IMG/VR virus record: IMGVR_UViG_3300045988_094081
Location: 38,033-102,032 of that record
Length of the DNA: 64,000 nt
Strand: one strand, 5' to 3'
From: a virus
In this document: piece by piece, positions 55,529 to 64,000 of the stretch
Layout: each line of letters starts with the position of its first letter
How positions within the stretch are numbered: position 1 is the first letter of the stretch
Notes under the pieces: generated by a model
Seen by the model: only the letters and a program-made list of their open reading frames with translations
Databases searched by the model: none
What the model was told of the DNA's origin: nothing
Position numbers and translations under genes: made by a program

Positions 55529-55933
55529 TCATTTTACCCATTTGGCATTATCAGGTATTAAATCCTTAAATTCTTCTGGGATTTTCCCTTGATGCCACCA
55601 ATCATTGGAAATGATTTTTCTCCCATCATTTGAAATAGCCTCCATCATTCTTCCTCCCATACCCATGAATCTTCGTGTTTTGTTGTTTGTATTGGGAACA
55701 AACGGATTAGCTATCCATGATTCTCCATCTATAATCAACCAATTGGGATTATTCTTATTCTCTTCATATAGTCTGATCCAAAACGCACAAGAATAGCAAA
55801 CTCCATCTCGTTCCATAATAGACCGTATAGGACATTTGCAAAAATGTTCGGGATTCATGCTATGTATATTATTTTGCCCCGACCCATCTTCGCAGCCGCA
55901 TTTGGGACATATTTTCTTCTTTTCGCTTTCCAT
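55529..55933 (-). CDS. Zn-ribbon protein, paralog B (134 aa) of the ORF at 35151..35639
   Basis: Shared motifs: CPKCG, ME(R/D)(D/R)G.CY.C.FW, IDG.SW, GGR.M, FKDL.PDNA.W. Confidence 0.6.
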   Translation of the reverse strand: MESEKKKICPKCGCEDGSGQNNIHSMNPEHFCKCPIRSIMERDGVCYSCAFWIRLYEENKNNPNWLIIDGESWIANPFVPNTNNKTRRFMGMGGRMMEAISNDGRKIISNDWWHQGKIPEEFKDLIPDNAKWVK

Positions 55934-55949
55934 ATTGTTTATCTTGTTT

Positions 55950-56279
55950 TTAAGGTATCAAATCTTCAACATATGCCCAGCGCATATAATGATTCTTTTC
56001 CGAAAGTTCTTCCCATGGCTTGCTCTTGGTTGAATAGACCAAATCATAAGCACCGTCAATATCCTCCACAATGAGCAGCTTCCCTTTGTCTGGCTTTTCT
56101 CTTGCATCGTACCACACGCTGTTAATGCGCCATTCTGCACCCGCCATGAAGTCTTCACAGCAATTATCCTTGCGTAGAACATAATCGTCTGCATCCACTT
56201 CTTTAAGAACGTTTCGCCGAAAATGTGTTTTACCTATGGAATAATCTTTTGCTGCTTTTTCAATATCTTCTCGTTTCAT
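55950..56279 (-). CDS. Hypothetical protein (109 aa)
   Basis: ORF. Confidence 0.45.
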   Translation of the reverse strand: MKREDIEKAAKDYSIGKTHFRRNVLKEVDADDYVLRKDNCCEDFMAGAEWRINSVWYDAREKPDKGKLLIVEDIDGAYDLVYSTKSKPWEELSEKNHYMRWAYVEDLIP

Positions 56280-56347
56280 TTCTTTTTTTTAGTTTGGAGC
56301 TATCCTGAGAATTAGTTAGGACAGCATCATTATTACTTTTTGTGTTA

Positions 56348-56686
56348 TTAATTAATCCGATTCCCTAATTTTAAAATAAAAACTTCATTATCCGGTGCAC
56401 CCCATTCCGAGTGACCTTTGCCAATAGAAATGCCATTCAATTTAAATAACATGGTTCGTTTTGTATATCCGTAACGAAAACGGACAGCATCATAATATTT
56501 AAGGGATGGTTTGCAACAATACTTGCACTTTTCTGGAATATAGATTTTGCAATCCGTGTTTTTATCGTAGCAAGCATAAAATCTTTTGGCCCAATAACTG
56601 TTATGTTCCCGATACTCCTCCTTTTTCTTGCCAGATTCTATCATATTGTACCAAATGGCTTTTAATGGTAAATCAAGTATATTCAT
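56348..56686 (-). CDS. ASCH/PUA-like small protein (112 aa). This is tentative.
   Basis: LPLKAIWYNMIESGKKKEEYRE...GISIGKG...VFILKLG resembles the ASCH domain pattern. Confidence 0.4.
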   Translation of the reverse strand: MNILDLPLKAIWYNMIESGKKKEEYREHNSYWAKRFYACYDKNTDCKIYIPEKCKYCCKPSLKYYDAVRFRYGYTKRTMLFKLNGISIGKGHSEWGAPDNEVFILKLGNRIN

Positions 56687-56699
56687 ATCTTTTTAAATT

Positions 56700-57119
56700 T
56701 TACAGTATAGATTGAACATATTCCAAATATTCTTGAGCTTGTTCAAGGGATTCGAATTGAGATGTCTCTTCGTTATATAAAGGAGCATAGTTGGCTTGTT
56801 TCAATAAATTGTCGTAAAACATATTGATGAATATTTTTAATAGATCGGCTGTATTATTCACTGTTCCCATTGTTACTCCATGACATCCATCTCCCATATT
56901 TACATATTCGTTACTAAAAGACATCCCACCTTTTATACCATATCGAATTTGAGCGATGTATATGCGTTCGAAATGTACTTCAAACCAAAGATTATGTTCT
57001 GATTTTTCATATTCTTTGATTGATAAGCAGAATATGCCAAAAACAAATTTCAACTCTTCTTTTGTAATTCCTGCCGGATTTTTTGTCAATATTTCTTTAA
57101 CTTGTTCTTTCGTTATCAT
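56700..57119 (-). CDS. Hypothetical protein (139 aa)
   Basis: ORF. Confidence 0.45.
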   Translation of the reverse strand: MITKEQVKEILTKNPAGITKEELKFVFGIFCLSIKEYEKSEHNLWFEVHFERIYIAQIRYGIKGGMSFSNEYVNMGDGCHGVTMGTVNNTADLLKIFINMFYDNLLKQANYAPLYNEETSQFESLEQAQEYLEYVQSIL

Positions 57120-57410
57120 GATTCGATATTTTTTATATTATTACCAATCTCCACCATCATTTAATATGCCATCAATAATAGTTACACTATTTTCAATGTT
57201 GCTGCCTCCATATTGCGTAAATTCCGGTGTAGGATTATAGTTTGTATCTCCATGCATCATTACATGTAATGTTCCGCTTGCTAAATATATCCATAATCGT
57301 TTTCCATCTTTCTTCCATTTTTTGGCAAGCCTCTTAAATGAATCAATTAGCTTGCATTCTTCTTCTGTGCATTCTATTCCGGCTCTTGTTTCGTACTTAC
57401 TTATATCTCT

Positions 57411-58157
57411 TTAGTTGTTAGATAAAAGCAAAATCGGTTCATTTGACTCCGCAATTGCTTTTATTTGTTCTGGATTGATAAAACTCTTGACTTGTTCACT
57501 TATATTGCAAATAGACTTGATCATATCAACGAATAATTTTGAGGTACATTCGTTACATTCCACTTCCATTACCGGTTTATATCTATTGTATGATATGTTC
57601 GTTACACAATTCAGCCAGTGCGCATAAGTTTCTTTTTCTGTATTTAACCTATCGTATTCTACTTTTGTCTCTCCATTTCCATATTCAATTACTCTTTTTA
57701 GAAATGGTTTTGCATAAACACTAAAACCGAAAGGTTGGGTGTTTAAGGCATCTAAACGGGAAGTTCCATCCCTCCATTTTCCATTCTCATCATTTCCTGT
57801 CCATTCCTTAGAGGGGTTAGGGACAATATTTCCGTTTTTGTCATAGGAAAACATGCAATTCGTTTCCAGTTGATACTTAATAACAGGCACTTCTTCTACT
57901 ATTTTATAACTTAAACATCTCTTCAGAACTTCCCTGATTTGACTTTCCAAATCAGAAAGTGCTATACTATTGAAATATCCTTCGTTGCCTAATCTGTTTG
58001 TAGGTAATTTGATCCCATAAGAATGAATCTTATCCATATCTTCTTTTGACAAGGTAGTGGTAAACACTCCTTCTTTGGTGACATTCACTTTAACAGTTAC
58101 AGACAAACTGTTATTAGCGTTCTTTTCCGTTATATTTAGTGTTGTTAATGCTGCCAT
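57411..58157 (-). CDS. Hypothetical protein (248 aa)
   Basis: ORF. Confidence 0.5.
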   Translation of the reverse strand: MAALTTLNITEKNANNSLSVTVKVNVTKEGVFTTTLSKEDMDKIHSYGIKLPTNRLGNEGYFNSIALSDLESQIREVLKRCLSYKIVEEVPVIKYQLETNCMFSYDKNGNIVPNPSKEWTGNDENGKWRDGTSRLDALNTQPFGFSVYAKPFLKRVIEYGNGETKVEYDRLNTEKETYAHWLNCVTNISYNRYKPVMEVECNECTSKLFVDMIKSICNISEQVKSFINPEQIKAIAESNEPILLLSNN

Positions 58158-58175
58158 AATCAGATCTTTTTGAAA

Positions 58176-58427
58176 TCAATTCGAATAAATATAATGCATT
58201 CCTGCTTCATATACCCTATGTACATCAGGGTCATTCTTGTCTTCCGGTTCCAATTCACTTTCTTCACGAGTATAATTCCATTCAGAGTTGTAGTACATAT
58301 CCTCATTTGTTTTCTCCAAGGAGCAATCTTTCATTAGATTCATATTTTCTCCCCAGACTGCAACTTCTTGTCGTTGCTCTTCTTCTGTCATAAGAGATAT
58401 TTTGTCTTTCAATTCTTTCCAGGTCAT
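58176..58427 (-). CDS. Hypothetical acidic protein (83 aa)
   Basis: ORF. Confidence 0.4.
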   Translation of the reverse strand: MTWKELKDKISLMTEEEQRQEVAVWGENMNLMKDCSLEKTNEDMYYNSEWNYTREESELEPEDKNDPDVHRVYEAGMHYIYSN

Positions 58428-58451
58428 GATTTTTAAAAGATGATTAATAGT

Positions 58452-58835
58452 TTATTCTACATCAAAAAGTTGATCTAACACCAATAATTCGGCATCCATG
58501 TCTTCATCTTTCGGGAAACGAACTTTTATATTTCCAAACTTAGATGTCTTAAACAAGATGTAGGGGTTCATATCTTCGGCAGTCACCGGCTTATACTCCT
58601 TAACTTCCGACATCTTGAGATACCAGTCGCCTATTTTTACAAATCCGGAGAAGATAGAACACAGATGCGCTTTTACAGACTGTATCTCCTTTTTATCTTT
58701 GAAAGGTATAATTTCGTCCTTTCCCCTTATCCTGATTGACAAAAAAGGACGAATGTTATCTGTTTCATTTTGAAATTTGAAGCCTGTTATGGCTTGTTTT
58801 GGGATTCTTCTTCCCATTAATATAAAATAGCTCAT
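58452..58835 (-). CDS. Hypothetical protein (127 aa)
   Basis: ORF. Confidence 0.45.
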   Translation of the reverse strand: MSYFILMGRRIPKQAITGFKFQNETDNIRPFLSIRIRGKDEIIPFKDKKEIQSVKAHLCSIFSGFVKIGDWYLKMSEVKEYKPVTAEDMNPYILFKTSKFGNIKVRFPKDEDMDAELLVLDQLFDVE

Positions 58836-58837
58836 TG

Positions 58838-59146
58838 TTATAAGTGATTTTGTTTTATGTTAGGTAAGTAATTTGTAACAACATCAAGTGATATCCATAA
58901 CTCTGGCTCTATGCTGTTTTTTATTCTATCACTGAAAAGCGAATTATCATCACAATCACAATGAGAGATTGTGATATAACAATCTTGATAATCCCACCAA
59001 TGAGCCGATTTAAAATCGTCCCCTCCATTCCAAAACCCTATTCTTATACCTCTTGGGTTGAAATCTTCATCTATCCAACTTGGGTGATAGGCCAACACTT
59101 CTTCTCCCTCTGGAGGTTTTTCCTCTTTGAATTTCTTCCAGTTCAT
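58838..59146 (-). CDS. Hypothetical Trp-rich protein (102 aa), possibly DUF551-like
   Basis: MNWKKFKEEKPPEGEEVLAY...GFWNGG...WWDYQ pattern; low certainty. Confidence 0.4.
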   Translation of the reverse strand: MNWKKFKEEKPPEGEEVLAYHPSWIDEDFNPRGIRIGFWNGGDDFKSAHWWDYQDCYITISHCDCDDNSLFSDRIKNSIEPELWISLDVVTNYLPNIKQNHL

Positions 59147-59157
59147 CTCGCCTTTAA

Positions 59158-59955
59158 TTAGTTAGACACAAATGTACAAGTTTTATTAAGATACCCTTCT
59201 GTCATCTCTATGAAATTCACACAATCTAATTTACTTAATTTGTAAATCAATGCCGGATTGTGTATTATGGCTATAATTTGTGTTTGTGGTTTATGAAATG
59301 ACAATACATTGTAAATCTGCATTATGTTGTCAATATCAAGATTCCTGTCTGGCTCATCCATGAGAACCGTGTATTCAAAACTGCTTTCTGTTAATGTTAT
59401 GCGGTTTCTTTTATAATACTTCAACAGGTTATCAATTCTTTTGATCCAAAATGCATTTGATTTTTTCTTGTATTCTGCAAGATCTTGCATTGGAAACGCA
59501 TAATCCTTTTGGCTGAACATTAAATTGAAAAGTGATTCCAATGATAACACCACTTTTTCCCCATAAGATTTTTGAATACTATTCGCATACAAATCGAAAT
59601 TGCTGATGTTTTTTAATACACTATCTCGATTTGTCTCCGTTGACGGCAATAAACGGAATACTTTCCCTATATAATCGGATGATATATCAATCCCATCAAG
59701 AACCTTGTCATCATCATCAAATATAGGTGGGAAATCCAGCGCCTCAGCCGGCATTTCAGAGCACATGGATTTCTCGCACAACGCATACATTGATATGATG
59801 TTAAGCAAAGTTGATTTTCCACTACCGTTTTTCCCTATAATCACATTCACTCCTGGCTTGAAAATAAATTCTCTGCCATTTTCAAACGCTTCTATGTCAG
59901 AAGCATATTCAAAAGGAGTTTTTGTGTTGTCTTTTATTTTTACTAATGTTATCAT
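59158..59955 (-). CDS. Minimal ABC-type (AAA_21/SMC-head-like) ATPase, 265 aa
   Basis: Walker A GKNGSGKST near the N-terminus, a signature-like SYGEK, and Walker B/D-loop YTVLMDEPDRNLD. Confidence 0.7.
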   Translation of the reverse strand: MITLVKIKDNTKTPFEYASDIEAFENGREFIFKPGVNVIIGKNGSGKSTLLNIISMYALCEKSMCSEMPAEALDFPPIFDDDDKVLDGIDISSDYIGKVFRLLPSTETNRDSVLKNISNFDLYANSIQKSYGEKVVLSLESLFNLMFSQKDYAFPMQDLAEYKKKSNAFWIKRIDNLLKYYKRNRITLTESSFEYTVLMDEPDRNLDIDNIMQIYNVLSFHKPQTQIIAIIHNPALIYKLSKLDCVNFIEMTEGYLNKTCTFVSN

Positions 59956-59967
59956 ATGTAATCCTTT

Positions 59968-60807
59968 TTAAAAATCAATTACCGTCCGAACCCTGTGACT
60001 GCTGGACCTGTTGTTGACGTTCGTGCCGCCATTGGAGAAGCTCACGTACCACGCGTGGTACTGGCTGTACTCAGTACTGGACCAATACCACGCCGAGAAG
60101 GCTAACGGTTCTGCACCTATGTATTCAAGCGCATTGTTTATGCTGCCTTTGTAATGCGCAATTAGGTTGAGTTGTCTCAATGAAGGGATGTATTCTCCAT
60201 CTTCCAGCAGATTTTTCAACTTTGGATTTCTGGCTACAAGGCGTTCCGTATTTTTCTGTCCGTCAAAATCAAACAGCGCATCACATTCACGTTCGTAATA
60301 TGTTTCATTTACAGATACTTCGAGGCTATCATCGTCAAGCAATTGTACTCTATCATGCTCCGTCAGTGAGATAGCAAACGATACGTCTTTGTGCTTTAAT
60401 CCTATGTACCTCACATTCTTTTTGATATTCTCTCCAGTAAACGGCTCAGCGTGTCCGTTTCCGTAGATTAGATACAAACCATCTTTTCTTGATGGTACTC
60501 TATTTTCACATACGCATCTTTCATTTTTGGAACTTACAATTATGTTCAATTCATTCAACACATGATCTTTTATAACCTCCTTACATATTCTTCTTACAAA
60601 ATCATAATCTCTTTGTTTAAGTTCGTCATTAACCATACATCTGATCCAATTTTCTATCTGATTGTTATTCCCATATGTATTATTCATACACTGTTTTACA
60701 AGTTTTTCCAATAATGATTCTATGTTTTTGATTATGTCTTCTTTGGTAAGGTGAAGTTCATTTAGTATGCAGTTCCTTACCGCCTTGTATTCTTTACTTG
60801 TTCTCAT
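59968..60807 (-). CDS. Protein with a C-terminal DUF1566 (Lcl C-terminal / Fib_succ_major-like) domain
   Basis: IPSLRQLNLI...AWYWSSTEYSQYHAWYVSFSNGGTNVNNRSSSHRVRTV fits the lPt.eEL...yWSST...AW.V.F.nG...k....vRcVR pattern. Confidence 0.55.
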   Translation of the reverse strand: MRTSKEYKAVRNCILNELHLTKEDIIKNIESLLEKLVKQCMNNTYGNNNQIENWIRCMVNDELKQRDYDFVRRICKEVIKDHVLNELNIIVSSKNERCVCENRVPSRKDGLYLIYGNGHAEPFTGENIKKNVRYIGLKHKDVSFAISLTEHDRVQLLDDDSLEVSVNETYYERECDALFDFDGQKNTERLVARNPKLKNLLEDGEYIPSLRQLNLIAHYKGSINNALEYIGAEPLAFSAWYWSSTEYSQYHAWYVSFSNGGTNVNNRSSSHRVRTVIDF

Positions 60808-60818
60808 GATGATATTTT

Positions 60819-61055
60819 TTATAATTCAACTCCCTTATTTTCCATCTCCTTAATTACCTTTCTTGCTGTCTCAAGTTCAAAAAGTCTCGCTATTGCTTCA
60901 TCCTTCATTTTTTTAGCATTTCTGAATCTTTCAGGGTTTTCTCCTCTCTTAAAAAAGTCATAACCGGCCTCTTCGTATTCTGAAATGGATCTCTTTACTT
61001 CCATAACTGCTTTGAATGATTCATTTTCAAGATAAGCATGTGCTGTTGGTTTCAT
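60819..61055 (-). CDS. Hypothetical protein (78 aa)
   Basis: ORF, coupled. Confidence 0.4.
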   Translation of the reverse strand: MKPTAHAYLENESFKAVMEVKRSISEYEEAGYDFFKRGENPERFRNAKKMKDEAIARLFELETARKVIKEMENKGVEL

Positions 61056-61717
61056 TTTAGTTCTTTGATTAAAGCATCCGCATATATCACAGCTAATTCA
61101 GCCGCCTTATCACACGCTTCCAATATTAATTCACCGTGAGGTCCACGCCCTGATACAGATGTGATCGGAAGCACAGTTTTCGCTATCTCGTATCTACGTT
61201 GTTCCCAATCTACATGGGTGTTACACGGTTCTTGATTGACCTGTATATATCTTCCTTCAATATTAGAAGATCTTAATGTTTCCGCATTCTCTTCGCCGAA
61301 TGCAACCAGAATAGACCCACATCCTGGACTTTCACCTATTGTCCCATCTTCTCTGTGGAATTTTATTCTTCCTTTCATGAACAATATACCTTTCGCTTTC
61401 GGGAATACAACATCCTGAAACATCTTATTGTCAAGACGATTGAAAAGAAGAGCTATTCCATTATTGTGCTCTACCATACGAGTAATAAAATGCTCTATCG
61501 TCGGTCTTGAATAAGGTGGGTTTAACCATACCCTTCCTTCCCATTCCTGTTTTAATCCATCTTGTTCTTTGTTGTACATCACTCTGGCTGTCCTCCATAA
61601 AGGACGCATAGGCGCACATGGATCTAAATCAAATTCTCCTAAAGCATCTATAATCTCTTTAGGTGTGTACCATTCATCTGTACTATTTTTTTTTGATTTT
61701 TCAAATGATGTGTTCAT
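61052..61717 (-). CDS. dam: Phage Dam-family DNA N6-adenine methyltransferase
   Basis: DEWYTPKEIIDALGEFDLDPCAP and WLNPPYS (NPPY catalytic motif). Confidence 0.85.
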   Translation of the reverse strand: MNTSFEKSKKNSTDEWYTPKEIIDALGEFDLDPCAPMRPLWRTARVMYNKEQDGLKQEWEGRVWLNPPYSRPTIEHFITRMVEHNNGIALLFNRLDNKMFQDVVFPKAKGILFMKGRIKFHREDGTIGESPGCGSILVAFGEENAETLRSSNIEGRYIQVNQEPCNTHVDWEQRRYEIAKTVLPITSVSGRGPHGELILEACDKAAELAVIYADALIKELK

Positions 61718-61735
61718 ATATTTATGTTTTATAAG

Positions 61736-62398
61736 TTAATCCCATCCTCCATCAGCATACAAAGATACGTCTTCCTCCTCTACATTCACACCCTTAAGAG
61801 CTTGCAGAAGCTTTTTCTTTGTCTCCCTACACATATTGTAACCATATCCCTTATACTTATATGATCTTTCCCATGTACTCACTGGGAAGGGGATATTTTC
61901 ATCAATGACCAGCCTCTTCATATGAAGATGTTCGAAGAATTTATCATGGTATAGAAGTTTATACTCGTATCCTACTATATCAGTAGATGAGAATGGAAAA
62001 TAATCATCTTCCTTTTCTTCGTATTTAGGCTCCTTATAGTAAGCCATTTTTGTCACAGTAAAATCGAAGCTCCTAAGAATCTCTTCTGGCTTTCCAAACT
62101 CTGACTCTATGAACTCTATCCATACCTTTTCTCCCTCTTTCTGGAACGCACATACCTTCTCATTTCTGTACTTAAATTTCCATCCTTCTTTCTGATGTTT
62201 TTCATCATTGAACAAATCAACAGCTTCCTGAAAATCGCTTTCGCTTTCAAAGAAAATATCAATGTCTTTTACTTTTTCTCCGGAAAGGATATTTTTAAAA
62301 CATCCACCAGCTATGAATCCTTTGTGGCCTTCCATATACTTGTCAAGCCATCTTATTTGCCAGAAATTATCTGGAGTATCTATTACAAAATTATTCAT
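61736..62398 (-). CDS. Putative Pol-beta-superfamily nucleotidyltransferase (minimal NTase fold)
   Basis: GGCFKNILSGEKVKDIDIFF (GG...DxD) plus a downstream acidic WIEFIE. Confidence 0.45.
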   Translation of the reverse strand: MNNFVIDTPDNFWQIRWLDKYMEGHKGFIAGGCFKNILSGEKVKDIDIFFESESDFQEAVDLFNDEKHQKEGWKFKYRNEKVCAFQKEGEKVWIEFIESEFGKPEEILRSFDFTVTKMAYYKEPKYEEKEDDYFPFSSTDIVGYEYKLLYHDKFFEHLHMKRLVIDENIPFPVSTWERSYKYKGYGYNMCRETKKKLLQALKGVNVEEEDVSLYADGGWD

Positions 62399-62416
62399 AT
62401 TGCTTATGTTTTGCTG

Positions 62417-62671
62417 TTACCAAGCGAGATAAAAATTCCGCTTCACAATAATACAATGAGTGTAATTACTCAGGTCGATTCCGTTGTCCGTAAATGCATC
62501 CAGGACCCGTTTTTCCACGTATTTGAGTTTTACTGTTATCCCCTTCTTAAACACTTCTATTAACTTCTCATTGCACTCAATAGGTCCAATAAGACAGTAT
62601 CTATTCGAAGGACTGTCTGATATACAATATGTCTGACATCCTAACATGTTGCTTAAAATTACTTCGTTCAT
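62417..62671 (-). CDS. Hypothetical protein (84 aa)
   Basis: ORF. Confidence 0.4.
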   Translation of the reverse strand: MNEVILSNMLGCQTYCISDSPSNRYCLIGPIECNEKLIEVFKKGITVKLKYVEKRVLDAFTDNGIDLSNYTHCIIVKRNFYLAW

Positions 62672-62678
62672 AATTTCT

Positions 62679-63155
62679 CTATGATTCTAATATGGTGTCT
62701 ACAAACTCCGTTATTTTATCAACGGATTCTTTTGATAAGGTATATCTTCTCCAATTCCATCTAAAATGCGCTTTTGGGAGATTTTTAGTAGAATATTTTT
62801 CATTTCCGTCCTTGTTAGTCCATTCGTAATTATCCTCTGGATCCGCCACTTTTATCCCCGATTTAGGTCCGTTACGAAAGCTATATAGCATTCTTATAAC
62901 CGATTCAAAATCCGAACCTATATCAAATAGCATATGATACACCTTGTTTATTAAAGCCCTATCAGCTTGTTCCAAGTCTTCACCAAACAACTCTCTTACA
63001 CTCCAATTTTTCATTTCTGAATAACGAATGAAATTAAGTTTCCCTTTTTCTATATTAGGATTTTTTCTTGATAATACAAGCTCCAAATCTTTCACAAATG
63101 ATTCTTTTAGCTTCTGTTGTCCTAACAAGGCGGTGTATTTGCTTACTATATCCAT
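62679..63155 (-). CDS. Hypothetical protein (158 aa)
   Basis: ORF. Confidence 0.45.
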   Translation of the reverse strand: MDIVSKYTALLGQQKLKESFVKDLELVLSRKNPNIEKGKLNFIRYSEMKNWSVRELFGEDLEQADRALINKVYHMLFDIGSDFESVIRMLYSFRNGPKSGIKVADPEDNYEWTNKDGNEKYSTKNLPKAHFRWNWRRYTLSKESVDKITEFVDTILES

Positions 63156-63379
63156 TATCCAAAGTTTTTTAATATTGCTTCAAACGAATCATATTTAATC
63201 CCTAATGTATCATGCGCCTTTTGGGATCCACATTCACATTCTCCTACCTTATGTTCTGATCCACAATCGCATAAGTCGATCCCCAAATGGTTGACGCAGT
63301 GGTCGCAGCAGCAGGACTGGTGAAGCCATGTGGCATCACCAGCATCCAAATCCAATTTTTCAAATGTTTCCCAAAACAT
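63155..63379 (-). CDS. Cys/His-rich zinc-binding protein (74 aa; HQSCCCDHCVNH...CDCGSEH...CECGSQKAH)
   Basis: Dense Cys/His motifs. Confidence 0.45.
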   Translation of the reverse strand: MFWETFEKLDLDAGDATWLHQSCCCDHCVNHLGIDLCDCGSEHKVGECECGSQKAHDTLGIKYDSFEAILKNFG

Positions 63380-63449
63380 GCTATTCGAAGCTCCATTATC
63401 AAATCTGATAGTGACTGCACCGCATTTACATTTTGTATGTATTCTATTT

Positions 63450-63698
63450 TCATATATGTTCCATTTTCAAAATTTCTGGGGACAGATATTCTTGTAACTC
63501 CAATTTGCGTATTGGAACAAGACAATCCAGATGTTTAGCATCCATTTCTTGCTTATCTTCATCTACCCACGTTAAAGTACCTTCACTGCTACATTCCGGG
63601 CATTTGTCAGCTCCACATGGAAGAAGCATTTGTGCTCCACATAAGACACATCTTACCCAGTCTCCGTGCTGCACCCCTTCGTATGTTCTTGTTTTCAT
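63450..63698 (-). CDS. Zinc-ribbon protein (82 aa; CVLCG...CPEC)
   Basis: Two CxxC pairs. Confidence 0.45.
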   Translation of the reverse strand: MKTRTYEGVQHGDWVRCVLCGAQMLLPCGADKCPECSSEGTLTWVDEDKQEMDAKHLDCLVPIRKLELQEYLSPEILKMEHI

Positions 63699-63700
63699 AT

Positions 63701-63979
63701 TTATTGTTTATCATTTATAACATTTACTTCTTTACTCCACAAACGTCTCTTATATATCGGAGTGATGCCGATCAGAATACCACTATCTTCGCCCCAATAC
63801 TGAAGTATTTTGGACTCAATTTTATGATGCAATTCTTGTATTCCTCCTTTGTTCCTGTCATAAGGAGAAAAATCGGATAATTTCACCGTTTTCATTTTTT
63901 TTTCTGGATTTTCAGTAATTCCCAAAAGACACTCGTTACCCTCAAAAGGAATACAATGAACAAACACCACCCCATTCAA
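63701..63979 (-). CDS. Hypothetical protein (92 aa)
   Basis: ORF near the window edge. Confidence 0.35.
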   Translation of the reverse strand: MNGVVFVHCIPFEGNECLLGITENPEKKMKTVKLSDFSPYDRNKGGIQELHHKIESKILQYWGEDSGILIGITPIYKRRLWSKEVNVINDKQ

Positions 63980-64000
63980 ACATTCATATTTAGTCTCCCC

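Noticed and set aside
1-64000. tRNA genes, CRISPR arrays, integrase/att sites, terminase and major capsid genes
   Set aside because: No cloverleaf-like T-loop/acceptor patterns were spotted in the intergenic regions. There are no regularly spaced direct repeats. No tyrosine or serine recombinase motifs and no Walker-A+nuclease terminase-like ORF were found. Absence is based on visual inspection only.

Overview
This window looks like a continuous segment of a large tailed-phage or prophage genome, and the host is probably in the Bacteroidota. The host call rests on four things: near-perfect TAnnTTTG -7 promoter boxes 15-25 nt upstream of several start codons, no Shine-Dalgarno dependence, a 45-aa lipoprotein with a Bacteroidota-type lipobox/LES, and a DUF1566-like domain.

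Layout: two convergent gene blocks meet at a 13-bp bidirectional hairpin terminator (34873-34910).

Block 1 (+ strand, 1-34.9 kb) appears to be virion-associated. It holds a protein with two tandem lytic-transglycosylase/tail-lysozyme-like domains, then a contiguous run of very large ORFs (947, 1007, 2239, 752 aa). A second 2140-aa giant ORF sits in the same block, along with a cassette of small genes. One of these is a Gly/Asn/Cys-rich membrane-anchored protein and another has a C-terminal DUF2829/Tad2-like domain.

Block 2 (- strand, 34.9-64 kb) is a replication/recombination and accessory block. Its recognisable genes are an SF2 DExH helicase, a DnaB-like replicative helicase, a Zn-finger+Toprim primase, two PD-(D/E)XK nucleases (one Cas4-like with four Cys), a Dam-type N6-adenine methyltransferase, a Pol-beta-like nucleotidyltransferase, a minimal ABC-type ATPase, and many small zinc-ribbon proteins.

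Unusual cargo stands out in Block 2. The strongest item is a translationally coupled ACP-like carrier protein, an NfeD (YuaF-like) protein and a FloT-type flotillin. A Panacea (DUF4065) antitoxin-like gene sits beside a tiny lipoprotein gene. A pair of paralogous Zn-ribbon proteins lie ~20 kb apart.

No recognisable terminase, major capsid protein, DNA polymerase, tRNA or CRISPR array is present. The DxDGD motif expected for a crAss-type virion RNA polymerase was looked for in the giant proteins and not found. Everything here comes from reading motifs in the translated ORFs and the raw sequence; no database searches were run.
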